From the NCBI GenBank assembly GCA_038320275.1, contig JBBQEB010000002.1:1-64000 (forward strand): a stretch of DNA of 64,000 bases. Direction: 5' to 3'. This DNA comes from Myxococcales bacterium. GTDB taxonomy: Bacteria > Myxococcota > Myxococcia > Myxococcales > Anaeromyxobacteraceae. Positions 19,733 to 30,116 of the stretch are shown piece after piece (the first letter of the stretch is position 1; each line of letters begins with the position of its first letter). Both the position numbers and the translations under genes were made by a program. The notes beneath the pieces were generated by a model that was not told where the DNA came from, did no database searches, and was given only the letters and a program-made list of their open reading frames with translations.

Positions 19733-20176
19733 TCAGAAAGAAAACACCATGGTGGCAAGCGCCAGAACCCAGAGCAGGTGGGCGCTGCCGGCATAGGCCG
19801 GCAACGTCTTCGCCGCCGCGTTCGCTCCTGCGAGGTCTCCCCCGGCCGCCGCGGCCGTGAGCTTGGCCAGGGCGGGCCGCGCCAGGCCGAAGAGGAGGGC
19901 GATGCGCGCCAGCGCGAGGACGATGCCCACGTAGATGCCGGTGCGCAGCGGACCGCCGCCGGCGGGCGAGGCGTAGACGAGGCCGAACGCGATCGTCGCG
20001 GCGCCGCTCCAGAGGTCCAGCCCGAGGCCGGTGCGCGCCTGGGCCAGCGCGGGGCCGAGGAACGCCTGGCCGGCCGCCAGCGCGCGCCGGACCGCGCCCG
20101 GCCAGAAGAGGGCCGATCCCATCCAGACCGCGGCGGCGAGGATGTGCAGGAAGCGGAGGATGTTGGAAAGATTCAT
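19733..20176 (-). CDS. Four-TM membrane protein (DUF2269-like)
   Basis: LRFLHILAAAVWMGS N-terminus; four hydrophobic helices. Confidence 0.65.
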   Translation of the reverse strand: MNLSNILRFLHILAAAVWMGSALFWPGAVRRALAAGQAFLGPALAQARTGLGLDLWSGAATIAFGLVYASPAGGGPLRTGIYVGIVLALARIALLFGLARPALAKLTAAAAGGDLAGANAAAKTLPAYAGSAHLLWVLALATMVFSF

Positions 20177-20339
20177 GGGCGGAGGAGCCTCGCGACGGTC
20201 TCGAGGACGGCGAGCCGGGAGTGCTTCTTGTCGTCGGCGGCGACCCGTGTCCAGGGCGCGTCGGGGCGGTGCGTGCGATCCAGCAGGTAGCGGATCGCGG
20301 CCTCGTCGTCGCGCCACGTCTGCTGGTGCGTGAGTCCTC
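20173..20339 (-). pseudogene. ppk2: C-terminal remnant of polyphosphate kinase 2
   Basis: WRDDEAAIRYLLDRTHRPDAPWTRVAADDKKHSRLAVLETV* resembles the PPK2 C-terminus; a degraded, frameshifted EDxR...W lies upstream; no N-terminal part. Confidence 0.65.
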
Positions 20340-20418
20340 ACAGCGGACCGACGAGTCTGCCCGGGGCAGGCAGGCAGCGTGAATCCCAGCAGGGATCATC
20401 TCCAGCGGTCTTCCGCGA

Positions 20419-22119
20419 TCAAGGCCTGTAGCCGTGCGCGATGGGCAGCCGTCGGCCCTCGCCGAAAGCCTTTGCGGTCACCTTGAGCACCGGAGCGGCC
20501 TGCCGCCGCTTGTACTCGCTGTTCACCACCATCCGCAGCACGCGGCGGACCAGCTCCACCTCGTGCCCGCGGGCGACGATCGCATCGATCGGCAGCCGCT
20601 CCGCGATGTAGGCGTCGAGGATGTCGTCGAGCACCTCGTACGGAGGGAGCGAATCCTGGTCGACCTGGCCCGGTTTCAGCTCCGCGGAGGGAGGCTTCGT
20701 GAAGGTGCGCTCCGGGATGAGCTCGCGCCCGGCGCGCGCGCTGGCAGCTCGCGACACGCGGTACACCAGCGTTTTGGGCAGGTCGCCGATCGGGGCCAGC
20801 CCGCCCGCCATGTCGCCGTACAGGGTGCAGTACCCGACGGCGAGCTCGCTCTTGTTGCCGGTCGCGAGGCAGAGCGAGCCCTCCTGGTTCGAGATGGCCA
20901 TGAGGAGCTGGCCACGGATGCGCGCCTGGATGTTCTGCGCGGCGACGTCCCCCAGTGGACTGCCCAGTCCGGAGCCGAGCGCCTCCAGATAGGCCGCATG
21001 CATGGGCTCGATGCCGATCTCGGCGAAGCGGATTCCGAGATTGCGGGCCAGCGCGGCCGCGTCCTCGCGCGAATGGCGTGAGGAGTAGCGCGACGGCATG
21101 GCCACCCCGAAGACGTTCCCCGGGCCCAGGGCGTCGGCGGCGAGGGTGGCCGTGAGCGCGCTGTCGATGCCCCCCGAGAGGCCGAGGACCGCCGCGCGAA
21201 AGCCGCACTTTCGCGCGTAGTCGCGCAGCCCGAGCACGAGGGCGCGGTACACCTCGTCGGCGTCCGCGTCCTCCCCCTCGCCGGGCGCCAGGGCCGGCGC
21301 GCCCGGGAAGCGGAGAACCTCGGGCGAGGAGCCGTCGAGCCCCACCACGATGACCGCCTCCTCGAACAGCGGCCCGCGGGCGAGCACGCTGCCGTCGGCG
21401 CCCACCAGCATGGAGCCGCCGTCGAACACCAGGGCGTCGTTTCCGCCGACCTGGTTCACGTAGGCGATGGGAGCGCCGTGCCGCGCCGCCGCGGCGCCGA
21501 TCATCCGCTCGCGGAGCGCGGGCTTTCCGAGCGAGTACGGCGAAGCGGAGATGTTCACGATGAGCTCGGCGCCGCGCTCCCGCAGGTCGGCGACGGGGTC
21601 GCGGGCGTAGCGCGGCTTCACCCAGAACCGCTTGTCGTTCCAGATGTCCTCGCAGACGGAGAGCCCCAGGATCAGGCCGAGCGCCTCGGAGCGCGCGGAG
21701 GTGGTCTCTCCCGAGGGTAGGAAGTACCGCGCCTCGTCGAAGACGTCGTAGGTGGGCAGCAGCGACTTGCGGCCCACGGCAGCGACCCGGCCGCCTTCGA
21801 TCAGCGCGGCCGCGTTGTACACGCCCGGAGGTGGCGCGTCCGCGGGCGCCTCTGGAAAGCCCACCACCAGCGAGAGCCCCGCCGACCAGGGTGCAGGCCG
21901 CGCGAGCTCCCCCAGCGTCCGGCCGCACAGGGCCAAAAAGTCCGGCATGTCGAGGAAATCGCGGGGCGGGTAGCCCGAGAGCGCCAGCTCCGGGAACACG
22001 ACCAGGGCCGCGCCCGCCCCCCGGGCGAGAGAGACGGCGGTGCGGATGCGCTCCGCGTTGGCAGCGAAGTCGCCCACGGTGGAGTTCACCTGTGCGAGCG
22101 CGATGCGGGGCGGCGCCAT
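20419..22119 (-). CDS. nadE: Glutamine-dependent NAD+ synthetase
   Basis: Nitrilase domain (IALAQ, FPEL, VCEDIW) plus LGLSGGIDS, NIQARIRG, PSAELKP. Confidence 0.95.
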   Translation of the reverse strand: MAPPRIALAQVNSTVGDFAANAERIRTAVSLARGAGAALVVFPELALSGYPPRDFLDMPDFLALCGRTLGELARPAPWSAGLSLVVGFPEAPADAPPPGVYNAAALIEGGRVAAVGRKSLLPTYDVFDEARYFLPSGETTSARSEALGLILGLSVCEDIWNDKRFWVKPRYARDPVADLRERGAELIVNISASPYSLGKPALRERMIGAAAARHGAPIAYVNQVGGNDALVFDGGSMLVGADGSVLARGPLFEEAVIVVGLDGSSPEVLRFPGAPALAPGEGEDADADEVYRALVLGLRDYARKCGFRAAVLGLSGGIDSALTATLAADALGPGNVFGVAMPSRYSSRHSREDAAALARNLGIRFAEIGIEPMHAAYLEALGSGLGSPLGDVAAQNIQARIRGQLLMAISNQEGSLCLATGNKSELAVGYCTLYGDMAGGLAPIGDLPKTLVYRVSRAASARAGRELIPERTFTKPPSAELKPGQVDQDSLPPYEVLDDILDAYIAERLPIDAIVARGHEVELVRRVLRMVVNSEYKRRQAAPVLKVTAKAFGEGRRLPIAHGYRP

Positions 22120-22375
22120 CCCTCGAACATGCTGCCGCGGAGGCTGCCGCGCCGCGGTAGACGCACGGCGCGCGACTTTGGGGCTCCGGCGGATGGTGGC
22201 CGCCGCCACGTCGGCACCCCGGGCGTCGCAGAGCCCCTTGCGGCCAGGTTCACGCCACGTCGCTGCGATATGGCGCTCCTAATGTGGCCGTATGGACTAC
22301 AGTCTTGCAAACCATTGGGCCAACCGGGCGAAACTCTTGAATCGGCAACACATTGCGTTGGAATACCGACCGGGG

Positions 22376-22404
22376 TTGTACCTCGAACGGGGCGTTAGTA
22401 TCGT
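22376..22404 (+). promoter_or_regulatory. Putative sigma70 promoter of the LuxR-type gene
   Basis: TTGTAC-N17-TATCGT within an AT-richer intergenic stretch. Confidence 0.5.
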
Positions 22405-22509
22405 CGCGGACACCGACGGGACGATCAAGAAGCGGAGTGCAAGTCGTGCACGCCAGACCGTGACCCGCGGTGAACGGTCCGACAAGGGCCCTCACGGAAG
22501 GACGAACAG

Positions 22510-22845
22510 ATGCCTGGAATGGACCTCGAGATCCTGACGCCCTTCGCAGCCAAGTTCCTCGAGGGGACCACCCTCACGCCCGCGGAGCGAGCCGAGGTGC
22601 TCCGGATCGCGCAGGGATTTGCCTGCAAGGACTCCGCTGCCGCCGCTGGAGTTTCGCCCGAGACGATCCGCGCCCGGCGCAAGCGCATCTACCGCAAGCT
22701 CGCGGTGCCTGGCTCGGGAGAGCTGCTCGCGAGCCTCCTCTCCCTCTCCCTCACCATGATCTCGAAGGGCGAGCGCATCGAGCCGCGGCCGGCTGCGCTC
22801 CCCGCGCAGCCTCCGATGGAGGCAGCGATCGTCGCAGCGCGATGA
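22510..22845 (+). CDS. Stand-alone LuxR/GerE-type HTH protein
   Basis: LTPAERAEVLRIAQG...GVSPETIRARRKRIYRKL. Confidence 0.8.
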   Translation: MPGMDLEILTPFAAKFLEGTTLTPAERAEVLRIAQGFACKDSAAAAGVSPETIRARRKRIYRKLAVPGSGELLASLLSLSLTMISKGERIEPRPAALPAQPPMEAAIVAAR

Positions 22846-22927
22846 CCGCGACGGCGGGCCGGCGGGGGCGGGCTTGCCGCTCACCCCTTCCAGCCCGACG
22901 GGCGATCCCTCCCGGTCGGCGCGCCGC

Positions 22928-24925
22928 TCAACGCTTCGGCAGCCACGCCTCGATGCGCGAGGCGATCTTCTCCGGCGAGAAGCCGTACTCCTCCACCAGC
23001 GCCTTCTCCGGCGCGCTGGCGCCGAAGCGGTCGATGCCAAGGACGAGCCCGTCCTTCCCGGCGAGCCTCCACCACTCCAGCCCGCGCGCCGCCTCCACCA
23101 CCACCACCGGCCGCGAGGACGGGATCACCGCCTCCTGGTAGGCCGCATCCTGCTCCCCGAAGCGCTCCAGGCAGGGCATCGAGACGAGCCGGCCGGGGAT
23201 GCCGCGGGCGGCCAGCAGCGCCACCGCGCCCTGCGCGCTCGCCACCTCCGAGCCGGTCGCCACCACCGTGAACCGCGCGCCCTCCGCGTCCTTCACCACG
23301 TAGCCGCCGCGGCCGGCGAAGCGCTCCGCACCCTCGGCCCGATCGAGCTTCGCGATCTTCTGCCGCGAGAGGATGAAGGCGGTGGGCCCGTTGCGCCGGG
23401 CGAGCGCATGCGCCCAGCCCTCCGCCGTCTCGAGCCCGTCGGCGGGCCGGACCACGTGGAGGTTGGGGATCGCGCGCAGCGAGGTGAGCTGCTCGATGGG
23501 CTGGTGGGTAGGGCCGTCCTCGCCCAGGAAGATGGAGTCGTGGGTCCAGACGAAGATCGCCTGCAGCCCGGAGAGCGCCGCCAGCCGCACCGGCGGGCGC
23601 ATGTAGTCGGAGAAGATGAGGAAGGTGCCCGAGAACGGGATGAAGAGCCCGTCGTAGGCGAGGCCATTGGCGATGGCGCCCATGGCGTGCTCGCGGATGC
23701 CGTACGGGATGTTGCGCCCGCCGTAGGACTCGCGCTCCACCGTGCCGCCGCCCTTGATCTCGGTGAGGTTCGACTCGGCGAGATCGGCCGAGCCGCCCAC
23801 CAGCGCCGGGACTGCGGCCGCGGCGGCTTGGATGACGGCGTGCGACAGCTTGCGGGTCGCCTCCGAAGCGGTCCCACCCGCGGCCACGAGCCGCTCGCGC
23901 AGGTCGGCCGGCACGGTGCGGGCCACGTGCGCGTCGAGCACGGCGGCCTCCGCCGCGTGGGCGGCGCGCCACGCCGCGAAGCGGCCATTCCAGGCCTCGC
24001 GCAACCCCCGCTTCTCCGCGGCCACCTCGCTCCAGAAGGCCCGCACGTCGTCGGGAACCAGGAAGGGCGGCTCGGAGGGCCACCCGAGCGCCTTCTTCGT
24101 GGCGGCGAGCTCCTCCACTCCCAGCGGCGCGCCGTGCGCGGCGGAGGTGCCCGCCTTCTTGGGCGAGCCGAACCCGATGGTGGTCTTCACGCGGATGAGG
24201 CTGGGGCGCGGGTCGGCCTTGGCGGCATCGATGGCCGCGGAGATGGCCTCGTGATCGCGGCCCGGCACCGACTGCACGTGCCAGCCGTACGCCTCGAAGC
24301 GCTTGGTGACGTCCTCTCCGGTGAAGGAGAGGGTGGTCTTGCCGTCGATGGTGATGCCGTTGTCGTCGTACAGATAGACGAGCCGGCCCAGTCCCTGGTG
24401 CCCTGCGAAGCTGGCCGCCTCGGCTGTGACGCCCTCCATCAGATCGCCGTCGCCGCAGATGGAGTAGACGAACGGCTCCTCCAGCGGATTGCCCCGCCCG
24501 AGCTGCGCGGAGAGCATGGCGTGGCCGAGCGCCATGCCGACCCCGTTCGCGAAGCCCTGGCCGAGCGGGCCGCTCGTCACCTCCACGCCTGGTGCGAAGC
24601 CGAACTCGGGGTGCCCGGGCGTGCGGGAGTGGAGCTGCCGGAACGACTTCAGGTCGTCCATCGACAGCTCGTAGCCGGAGAGGTGCAGCATTCCGTACAG
24701 CAGCATCGAGCCGTGCCCGGCCGAGAGCACGAACCGGTCGCGCCCCAGCCAGCGGGGCTCGCGCGGATCGTAGCGGAGGTGGCGCGTCCAGAGGACGAAG
24801 GCCATGTCGGCCGCCCCCATGGGCATGCCGGGATGGCCGCTGCCGGCCTTCTGCACGGCGTCCGCGGCGAGCATGCGGATGGTGTCGACCGACTGGGCGA
24901 TGAGCTCGGGGCTGGCGCTGGGCAA
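22928..24925 (-). CDS. tkt: Transketolase
   Basis: [35 protein letters not shown]. Confidence 0.97.
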   Translation of the reverse strand: MPSASPELIAQSVDTIRMLAADAVQKAGSGHPGMPMGAADMAFVLWTRHLRYDPREPRWLGRDRFVLSAGHGSMLLYGMLHLSGYELSMDDLKSFRQLHSRTPGHPEFGFAPGVEVTSGPLGQGFANGVGMALGHAMLSAQLGRGNPLEEPFVYSICGDGDLMEGVTAEAASFAGHQGLGRLVYLYDDNGITIDGKTTLSFTGEDVTKRFEAYGWHVQSVPGRDHEAISAAIDAAKADPRPSLIRVKTTIGFGSPKKAGTSAAHGAPLGVEELAATKKALGWPSEPPFLVPDDVRAFWSEVAAEKRGLREAWNGRFAAWRAAHAAEAAVLDAHVARTVPADLRERLVAAGGTASEATRKLSHAVIQAAAAAVPALVGGSADLAESNLTEIKGGGTVERESYGGRNIPYGIREHAMGAIANGLAYDGLFIPFSGTFLIFSDYMRPPVRLAALSGLQAIFVWTHDSIFLGEDGPTHQPIEQLTSLRAIPNLHVVRPADGLETAEGWAHALARRNGPTAFILSRQKIAKLDRAEGAERFAGRGGYVVKDAEGARFTVVATGSEVASAQGAVALLAARGIPGRLVSMPCLERFGEQDAAYQEAVIPSSRPVVVVEAARGLEWWRLAGKDGLVLGIDRFGASAPEKALVEEYGFSPEKIASRIEAWLPKR

Positions 24926-24981
24926 GAGATGCTCCCGGTGGGGATGGAGGGGAAAACATCGCCCGCTGCCTGCGCGGGAGA

Positions 24982-25428
24982 TCAGGGAATTCTGGGGGGT
25001 GCTTCCAGCCAGGCCAGGGTGGGGCGGCCGCCGTCGAGGTCAATGGCGGCGACGGTTCCCGGCTGGACCCGCTGATCCGCGCCGGCGGCGAGCGACACGG
25101 CCTCGCTCGTCTCGGGATTGTGGCCCACGAGCGCCGTCCCGTCCCCCTCCGCCTCGGCCAGCGCGACGAGGTCCTCGCCGCGGGTGCGACCGGAGGCGAG
25201 GCGCCTGTCGATGAGCACCGGCGCACCGGTGGCCTGACCGAGCAGCTCGGCAGTCTGCCGCGCGCGCTCGAAGGGGCTCGCGAGGATGCGCCGCACGTGG
25301 AGCTTCGGTGCGAGGGAGCGCGCCAGGGCGAGGAAGCGATGGCGTCCCTCCGGCGTCAGCGCACGGGTGGCGTCACCCCCGGCCGCCTCCGCCTCCGCCT
25401 TGCCGTGACGCACGAGGTAGATCCGCAT
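24982..25428 (-). CDS. sixA: SixA-like phosphohistidine phosphatase
   Basis: [23 protein letters not shown]. Confidence 0.8.
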   Translation of the reverse strand: MRIYLVRHGKAEAEAAGGDATRALTPEGRHRFLALARSLAPKLHVRRILASPFERARQTAELLGQATGAPVLIDRRLASGRTRGEDLVALAEAEGDGTALVGHNPETSEAVSLAAGADQRVQPGTVAAIDLDGGRPTLAWLEAPPRIP

Positions 25429-25452
25429 CGGGGGGCTCCGCCGCTCGTCGCC

Positions 25453-28400
25453 TCACCGCGTCGCGAGGAGCGCGACGGGAAAGCCGGCGAGGAGCTCGCC
25501 GAGGTCGAGCATGGCGCCCTTCCGGCGCGCTCCCGTGACGAGATCCTCGAGCTCTGCCGGGAATCCCGCGGGCAGTCGCACCTCGCCGCGCCAGACCCGG
25601 CTGGCGGGCGCGGGACCGAGGACCAGCCTGGGCGCGACGCAGACGACCGCCGCCTGCCCCAGCGTCCGCGCGAAGGCGATCACCCGTCCCGCGTCCTCCC
25701 CCTCCACCGGCAGCGGCAGGTATGCGCCCTCGAGGTACAGCTCCCGGTTCGCCTTGCGGTGGTGCAGCCCTTCGCGAAGGAGGAGGAGCTTGGCGCGCCC
25801 GTCGCGCAAACCCTGGGGCGTCGAGAGCTCTCGTGCCAGCGCCGCCCTCCCAGCGCCGTCCGGGCCCGCCCGGCGCTCGAGCTCTCCCAGGAGCTCGCTT
25901 CGGCGGCTAAAATCGACGGCGCGCCGGTTGTCGGGGTCGACGAGCGAGAGGTCCCACAGCTCGCAGCCCTGGTACACGTCGCACACGCCGGGAGAGGCGA
26001 GCTTCAGGGCGACTTGCGTGAGCGAGCTCACCCGCGCCGCGTGCGCCAGCTTGCGCGCGAACGGGACGAACGTCTCCAGGAACTCGGGGGAGACGAGCAC
26101 CGCGGCCGCGAAGCCCTTCGCGGCATCCTCGTACTCCTCGTCCGGGTTGGTCCAGCTGGAGTGGCTCTTGGCCTCCCGCAGCGCCTTTTCCAGGTAGGCG
26201 GTGATCCGCCCCAGATATGCCTTCGCCTCCTCGCTGCCCTGCGCCGGGACCTCGTCGAGGAAGGTACCGAGGAGCGTCTGGTACACGAGGAGCTCGTCGT
26301 TGCGGTCCGGCGCCGGCGCGCCGTCCACCTCGACCTTGAAGCGCCGGTTGGCCCGCGCCCAGGCCGAGACGAGCGCCCGCCACTCGCGCGGCACCTCCGA
26401 GACGGCCGCGATGCGGACCCGCACGTCCTCGCTGCGCTTGGTGTCGTGGGTGGAGGTGCCGGAGAGGCTGCCGGGCCAGTGCGCCAGCCGCTCCGCGTTG
26501 AGCTTGTGGAACGCCACCGGGGAGGTGCCGAATGCGCCCGGCTCGCCGCCCACCTCGTTGAGCGACACCAGCCGGTCGTACACGTAGAAGGCGGTGTCCT
26601 CCAGCGCCTTCGCCGTCACTGGACCCGTCACCTGCTGCAGCTTCAGCGTGAACTCGAGCCAATCGCGCCGCTCCGCCGGGGAAAGGCTCTCGGGGTAGCG
26701 AAGCAGCAGCACGTCGCGCAGGAAGTCGAAGATGGAGGGATCGGCGGCCAGGCTGCGCCGCCGGGCGCGCGCCAGCGTCCGCTCCACGTAGCGGCGATCG
26801 CGGTCGTCGATCTCCCCCGCGGGCGTGACGTAGGTGCGGTAGACGGGGAAGCTCGACACGAACTCGACGATGGCGCGGCGGAGCGCGTTGAGCGTGAAGT
26901 CGCGCGTGCGGCGGTTCGTCTCGCTGAGCCCGTTGAGGCGATGCGCGAGCATGTTGATCTCGCTCGCCATCGACGACCCCGTGATGAGCCGCTTCTTCTC
27001 GTAGGCGAGGTCGTCGAAGCTCTGCTGCAGCCCGGTGAAGCGGCCGTAGAAGCCGGTCAGCTCCTCCTCGGCCTCGCCATCCACGAAGAGGCCGCTCGCG
27101 GCGGCGAGGAACTCGTAGCCGGTGGTGCCGTCAATGGCCCAGCTCTCCGGCATGCGCTCCTTGCCGGACAGGATCTTCTCGGCGAGCACATAGAAGGGCC
27201 GGGCGGGAGGCTCGCCCTGCAGGAGCTCGCGCTCGAGCCGGTCGCGCAGGAGGCCGGCCGCGTCGGCGTCGAGGGTCTCGCCACGCGTTCCCGCCAGCGC
27301 GCGCCCGCGCGCGACCAGGGCGGAGGCCTGCAGCCGCCGGAAGTACGCCGTGGGATCGTAGAGGCCGTCGGGGTGGTCGATCCGCAATCCGGTGATCTTC
27401 CCCTGGCGCACGAGGTCGAGGACGAGTCGGTGGGCCTCCTCGAAGACGCGGTCGTCCTCCATGCGGATGGCGGCGAGGCCATTCACGTCGAAGAAGCGGC
27501 GATAGTTGATCTCCTCGCCCGCCACGCGCCAGTGCGCCAGCCGATAGGCCTGGGCGTCGAGGAGCGCGTCGAGGCGGTCGAAGCTGCGCGGGTCGCCCGC
27601 CTTGCCGTTGAAGATGGCGAGGTTCCCATCCACGTGCTCGCGCACCGCGGCCTCGGCATCGAGGAGCGCGTGCAGCCGCCGCTTCGCGACCTCCTTCTCC
27701 CGCGCGCGCTCCGCCACCTTGGCGGGGTCGGTCTCCGACCTCGGCGCGAGCTTCTCCAGGGAGGTGCAGATGCTCTCCAGCTCCCACACGCTGGGCTCGT
27801 CGGGACCGAGGCGCGTCCGGAGCTCCTCCAGCCGGTGGCGCAGGACCTGAGGCACCGAGCGCGGCGAGAGCGGGAACCGGTGGGTGTAGTAGGCGACGAA
27901 GAAGGTGCCACCCTCGCGGACGAGCGACAGCTCCCCGTTCTCCAGCACTACGCCGTACTGATCGCCCAGGGTGGGCACGAGCACCTTGTTCTCGAGCTCG
28001 CCCTTCACGGGCTTCCAGTCGATGTCGAAGGTGTGCGCCCAGCGGGAGCTGGGGCCGTTCTCGAGCACGTCCATCCACCAGGCGTTCTGGCGGCCGATGC
28101 CCATGTGGTTAGGAACGAAGTCGACGAGCTGCCCCAGCCCGTGCGCGGCGGCCGCCTCGCACAGCCCGGCATAGCCCTCGGCGCCGCCCAGCTCCGGGGC
28201 GAGGTGGTCGTGATCCACCACGTCGTAGCCGTGGGTGGAGCCGCGGACCGCCACCAGGATGGGCGAGAGGTAGAGGTCCGTCACCCCCAGCGCTGCGAGG
28301 TACGGCACGACCCGCGCCGCGTCGAGGAAGCCGAAGCTCTTCGTGAGCTGGAGGCGATAGGTGGAGCCCGGCCGCGGGGGCGAGGCGCGCCTCGATCGCA

Positions 28401-28473
28401 CCGCGCCGGCGAGCTCGCGGAAGAGGGCATCGACGAGGGGAGAGGCCGTGGTGGCCGGCGTGTCGCTGGGCAT
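25453..28473 (-). CDS. treY: Malto-oligosyltrehalose synthase
   Basis: STYRLQL, GSTHGYDVVD, INYRRFFDVN, GLRIDHPDGL, LVDPDNRR. Confidence 0.95.
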   Translation of the reverse strand: MPSDTPATTASPLVDALFRELAGAVRSRRASPPRPGSTYRLQLTKSFGFLDAARVVPYLAALGVTDLYLSPILVAVRGSTHGYDVVDHDHLAPELGGAEGYAGLCEAAAAHGLGQLVDFVPNHMGIGRQNAWWMDVLENGPSSRWAHTFDIDWKPVKGELENKVLVPTLGDQYGVVLENGELSLVREGGTFFVAYYTHRFPLSPRSVPQVLRHRLEELRTRLGPDEPSVWELESICTSLEKLAPRSETDPAKVAERAREKEVAKRRLHALLDAEAAVREHVDGNLAIFNGKAGDPRSFDRLDALLDAQAYRLAHWRVAGEEINYRRFFDVNGLAAIRMEDDRVFEEAHRLVLDLVRQGKITGLRIDHPDGLYDPTAYFRRLQASALVARGRALAGTRGETLDADAAGLLRDRLERELLQGEPPARPFYVLAEKILSGKERMPESWAIDGTTGYEFLAAASGLFVDGEAEEELTGFYGRFTGLQQSFDDLAYEKKRLITGSSMASEINMLAHRLNGLSETNRRTRDFTLNALRRAIVEFVSSFPVYRTYVTPAGEIDDRDRRYVERTLARARRRSLAADPSIFDFLRDVLLLRYPESLSPAERRDWLEFTLKLQQVTGPVTAKALEDTAFYVYDRLVSLNEVGGEPGAFGTSPVAFHKLNAERLAHWPGSLSGTSTHDTKRSEDVRVRIAAVSEVPREWRALVSAWARANRRFKVEVDGAPAPDRNDELLVYQTLLGTFLDEVPAQGSEEAKAYLGRITAYLEKALREAKSHSSWTNPDEEYEDAAKGFAAAVLVSPEFLETFVPFARKLAHAARVSSLTQVALKLASPGVCDVYQGCELWDLSLVDPDNRRAVDFSRRSELLGELERRAGPDGAGRAALARELSTPQGLRDGRAKLLLLREGLHHRKANRELYLEGAYLPLPVEGEDAGRVIAFARTLGQAAVVCVAPRLVLGPAPASRVWRGEVRLPAGFPAELEDLVTGARRKGAMLDLGELLAGFPVALLATR

Positions 28474-28488
28474 GGGGATCGGCCTCGC

Positions 28489-30039
28489 CTAGCGGTGGAT
28501 GCGCCCGGACTTGCGGGCGAGCGAACGGAGTCGCTCGACCGCCGCGCTGTCCGCGGCCAAGGCCGAGACGTTCTGCGCCATGCGATAGGTCCAGTTGGCG
28601 TCGGTGACGGTCCCCGGGGTGTTGACGCGCTCGCGCGTCCCCAGCGCGTCCTGCAGCGGCAGGAGCAGGAGATCGGAGCCGGAGCGGTAGACGGCATCCA
28701 GCAGCGCGTCGCGCACCCGATCGTCGAAGCGTGGCGGCGCCGCGTCGCGCAGCCGACCGAGGCCGGGCATCTCCAGCAGGGCCTGGCGCTCGTCGGCGGG
28801 GGCGCTGTCGTACCAGTCCGCGAGCGAGTCGGTGTCGTGGGTGCCGGTGGTGCCCACCGAGAGTGCGGGCCACCGCGCCGGATCGCGGAAGGGCATGCCC
28901 TTCACCTTCCACTCGCGCTCCCAGCGCAGGATACGGTAGCCGGGCACGCCGCAGCGGGTGAGCGAGGCGCGGACGAAGTCCGGCACGGTGCCCAGGTCTT
29001 CAGCGATGACGCGCGCGCGCCGCGAGAAGATCTGCATCATCTTCTCGCCATTGCGGATCTGCGCCGCCTCCTCCGAGGGCACGAACGCCGCGGGGCCGCC
29101 GTCGAGAGCGCGGTAGTAGGTCCGGTAGAGCCCGACCACGTGGTCCACCCGGTACAGGCCGTAAAGCTGGGCGCTGCGGCGGGCGCGCTCGTTCATCCAG
29201 GCGAAGCCGCCCTTGTCCATGACGTCCCAGCGGTACACGGGCAGGCCCCAGTCCTGTCCGGTCTCGCTGAAGGCGTCCGGGGGCACGCCCACGCTCGCGT
29301 CCAGGCGGAAGTCGAAGGGCCGCGACCAGACGTCGGCGGAGTCGGTGGACACCATGAACGGCAGGTCGCCCATGAGCTCGACGCCGGCCGCGTTGGCCTC
29401 GCGCCGCGCCGCGTGCCACTGGCGATCGAGCTGCCACTGCAGCCAGGCCTGGAAGAGGAGCTCGCCCGAGAGGCGCGCCCGCGCGTCGGCGAGGGCTCCA
29501 GGCTCGCGGGAGCGGAGCGGCGCTTCCCAGTCGGTCCAGCTCTTCTGCCGCTCGTCGTGCAGCGCGACGAAGAGGGTGTAGTCGTCGAGCCAGCTCGCCT
29601 CCCCGCGCGCGAAGGTCTCCAGCTCGGCCGCGCGGGAGGTGCGCGGCTTCCACTCGCGCTCGTGGAACGCTGCGAAGGCGAGCCGCAGCGCGCGCGACTT
29701 CACCCCGCGGGCGCGCTCCCACGCAACGGCCGGCGCCGTCCGGACCGCCTCCAGCTCGGTGCGGTCGGCGTCGGACAGGGCGTCGAGCCCTCCCGCGGCC
29801 TGGAAGTCGTCCAGCGCCTCCACGGCCACGTACACAGGGTCGAGCGCGAAGGCCGAGAGCGCGCCGTATGGGCTCGTCTGCCCACGCGAGGCCTCGTGGA
29901 CCGGCAGGACCTGGATCACCGAGAAGCCGGCCGAGCTCGCCCAGCGCGCGAACGGAACGAGGTCGGGGATCTCGCCCAGCCCCCACCCGGACGGCGTGCG
30001 AATGGAGAACAGCGGGATGAGGACGCCAGCTTGACGCAT
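28489..30039 (-). CDS. malQ: 4-alpha-glucanotransferase (GH77)
   Basis: GVPPDAFSETGQDWGLP, RVDHVVG, IAEDLG, GTHD. Confidence 0.93.
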   Translation of the reverse strand: MRQAGVLIPLFSIRTPSGWGLGEIPDLVPFARWASSAGFSVIQVLPVHEASRGQTSPYGALSAFALDPVYVAVEALDDFQAAGGLDALSDADRTELEAVRTAPAVAWERARGVKSRALRLAFAAFHEREWKPRTSRAAELETFARGEASWLDDYTLFVALHDERQKSWTDWEAPLRSREPGALADARARLSGELLFQAWLQWQLDRQWHAARREANAAGVELMGDLPFMVSTDSADVWSRPFDFRLDASVGVPPDAFSETGQDWGLPVYRWDVMDKGGFAWMNERARRSAQLYGLYRVDHVVGLYRTYYRALDGGPAAFVPSEEAAQIRNGEKMMQIFSRRARVIAEDLGTVPDFVRASLTRCGVPGYRILRWEREWKVKGMPFRDPARWPALSVGTTGTHDTDSLADWYDSAPADERQALLEMPGLGRLRDAAPPRFDDRVRDALLDAVYRSGSDLLLLPLQDALGTRERVNTPGTVTDANWTYRMAQNVSALAADSAAVERLRSLARKSGRIHR

Positions 30040-30116
30040 GCAGGTTCCCTGAGGCGCGTGAGAGGTCTTCCGGCCGGGGGGGCCCTTGCCAGAGCCACAT
30101 GTTAACTTTGCCAAAC

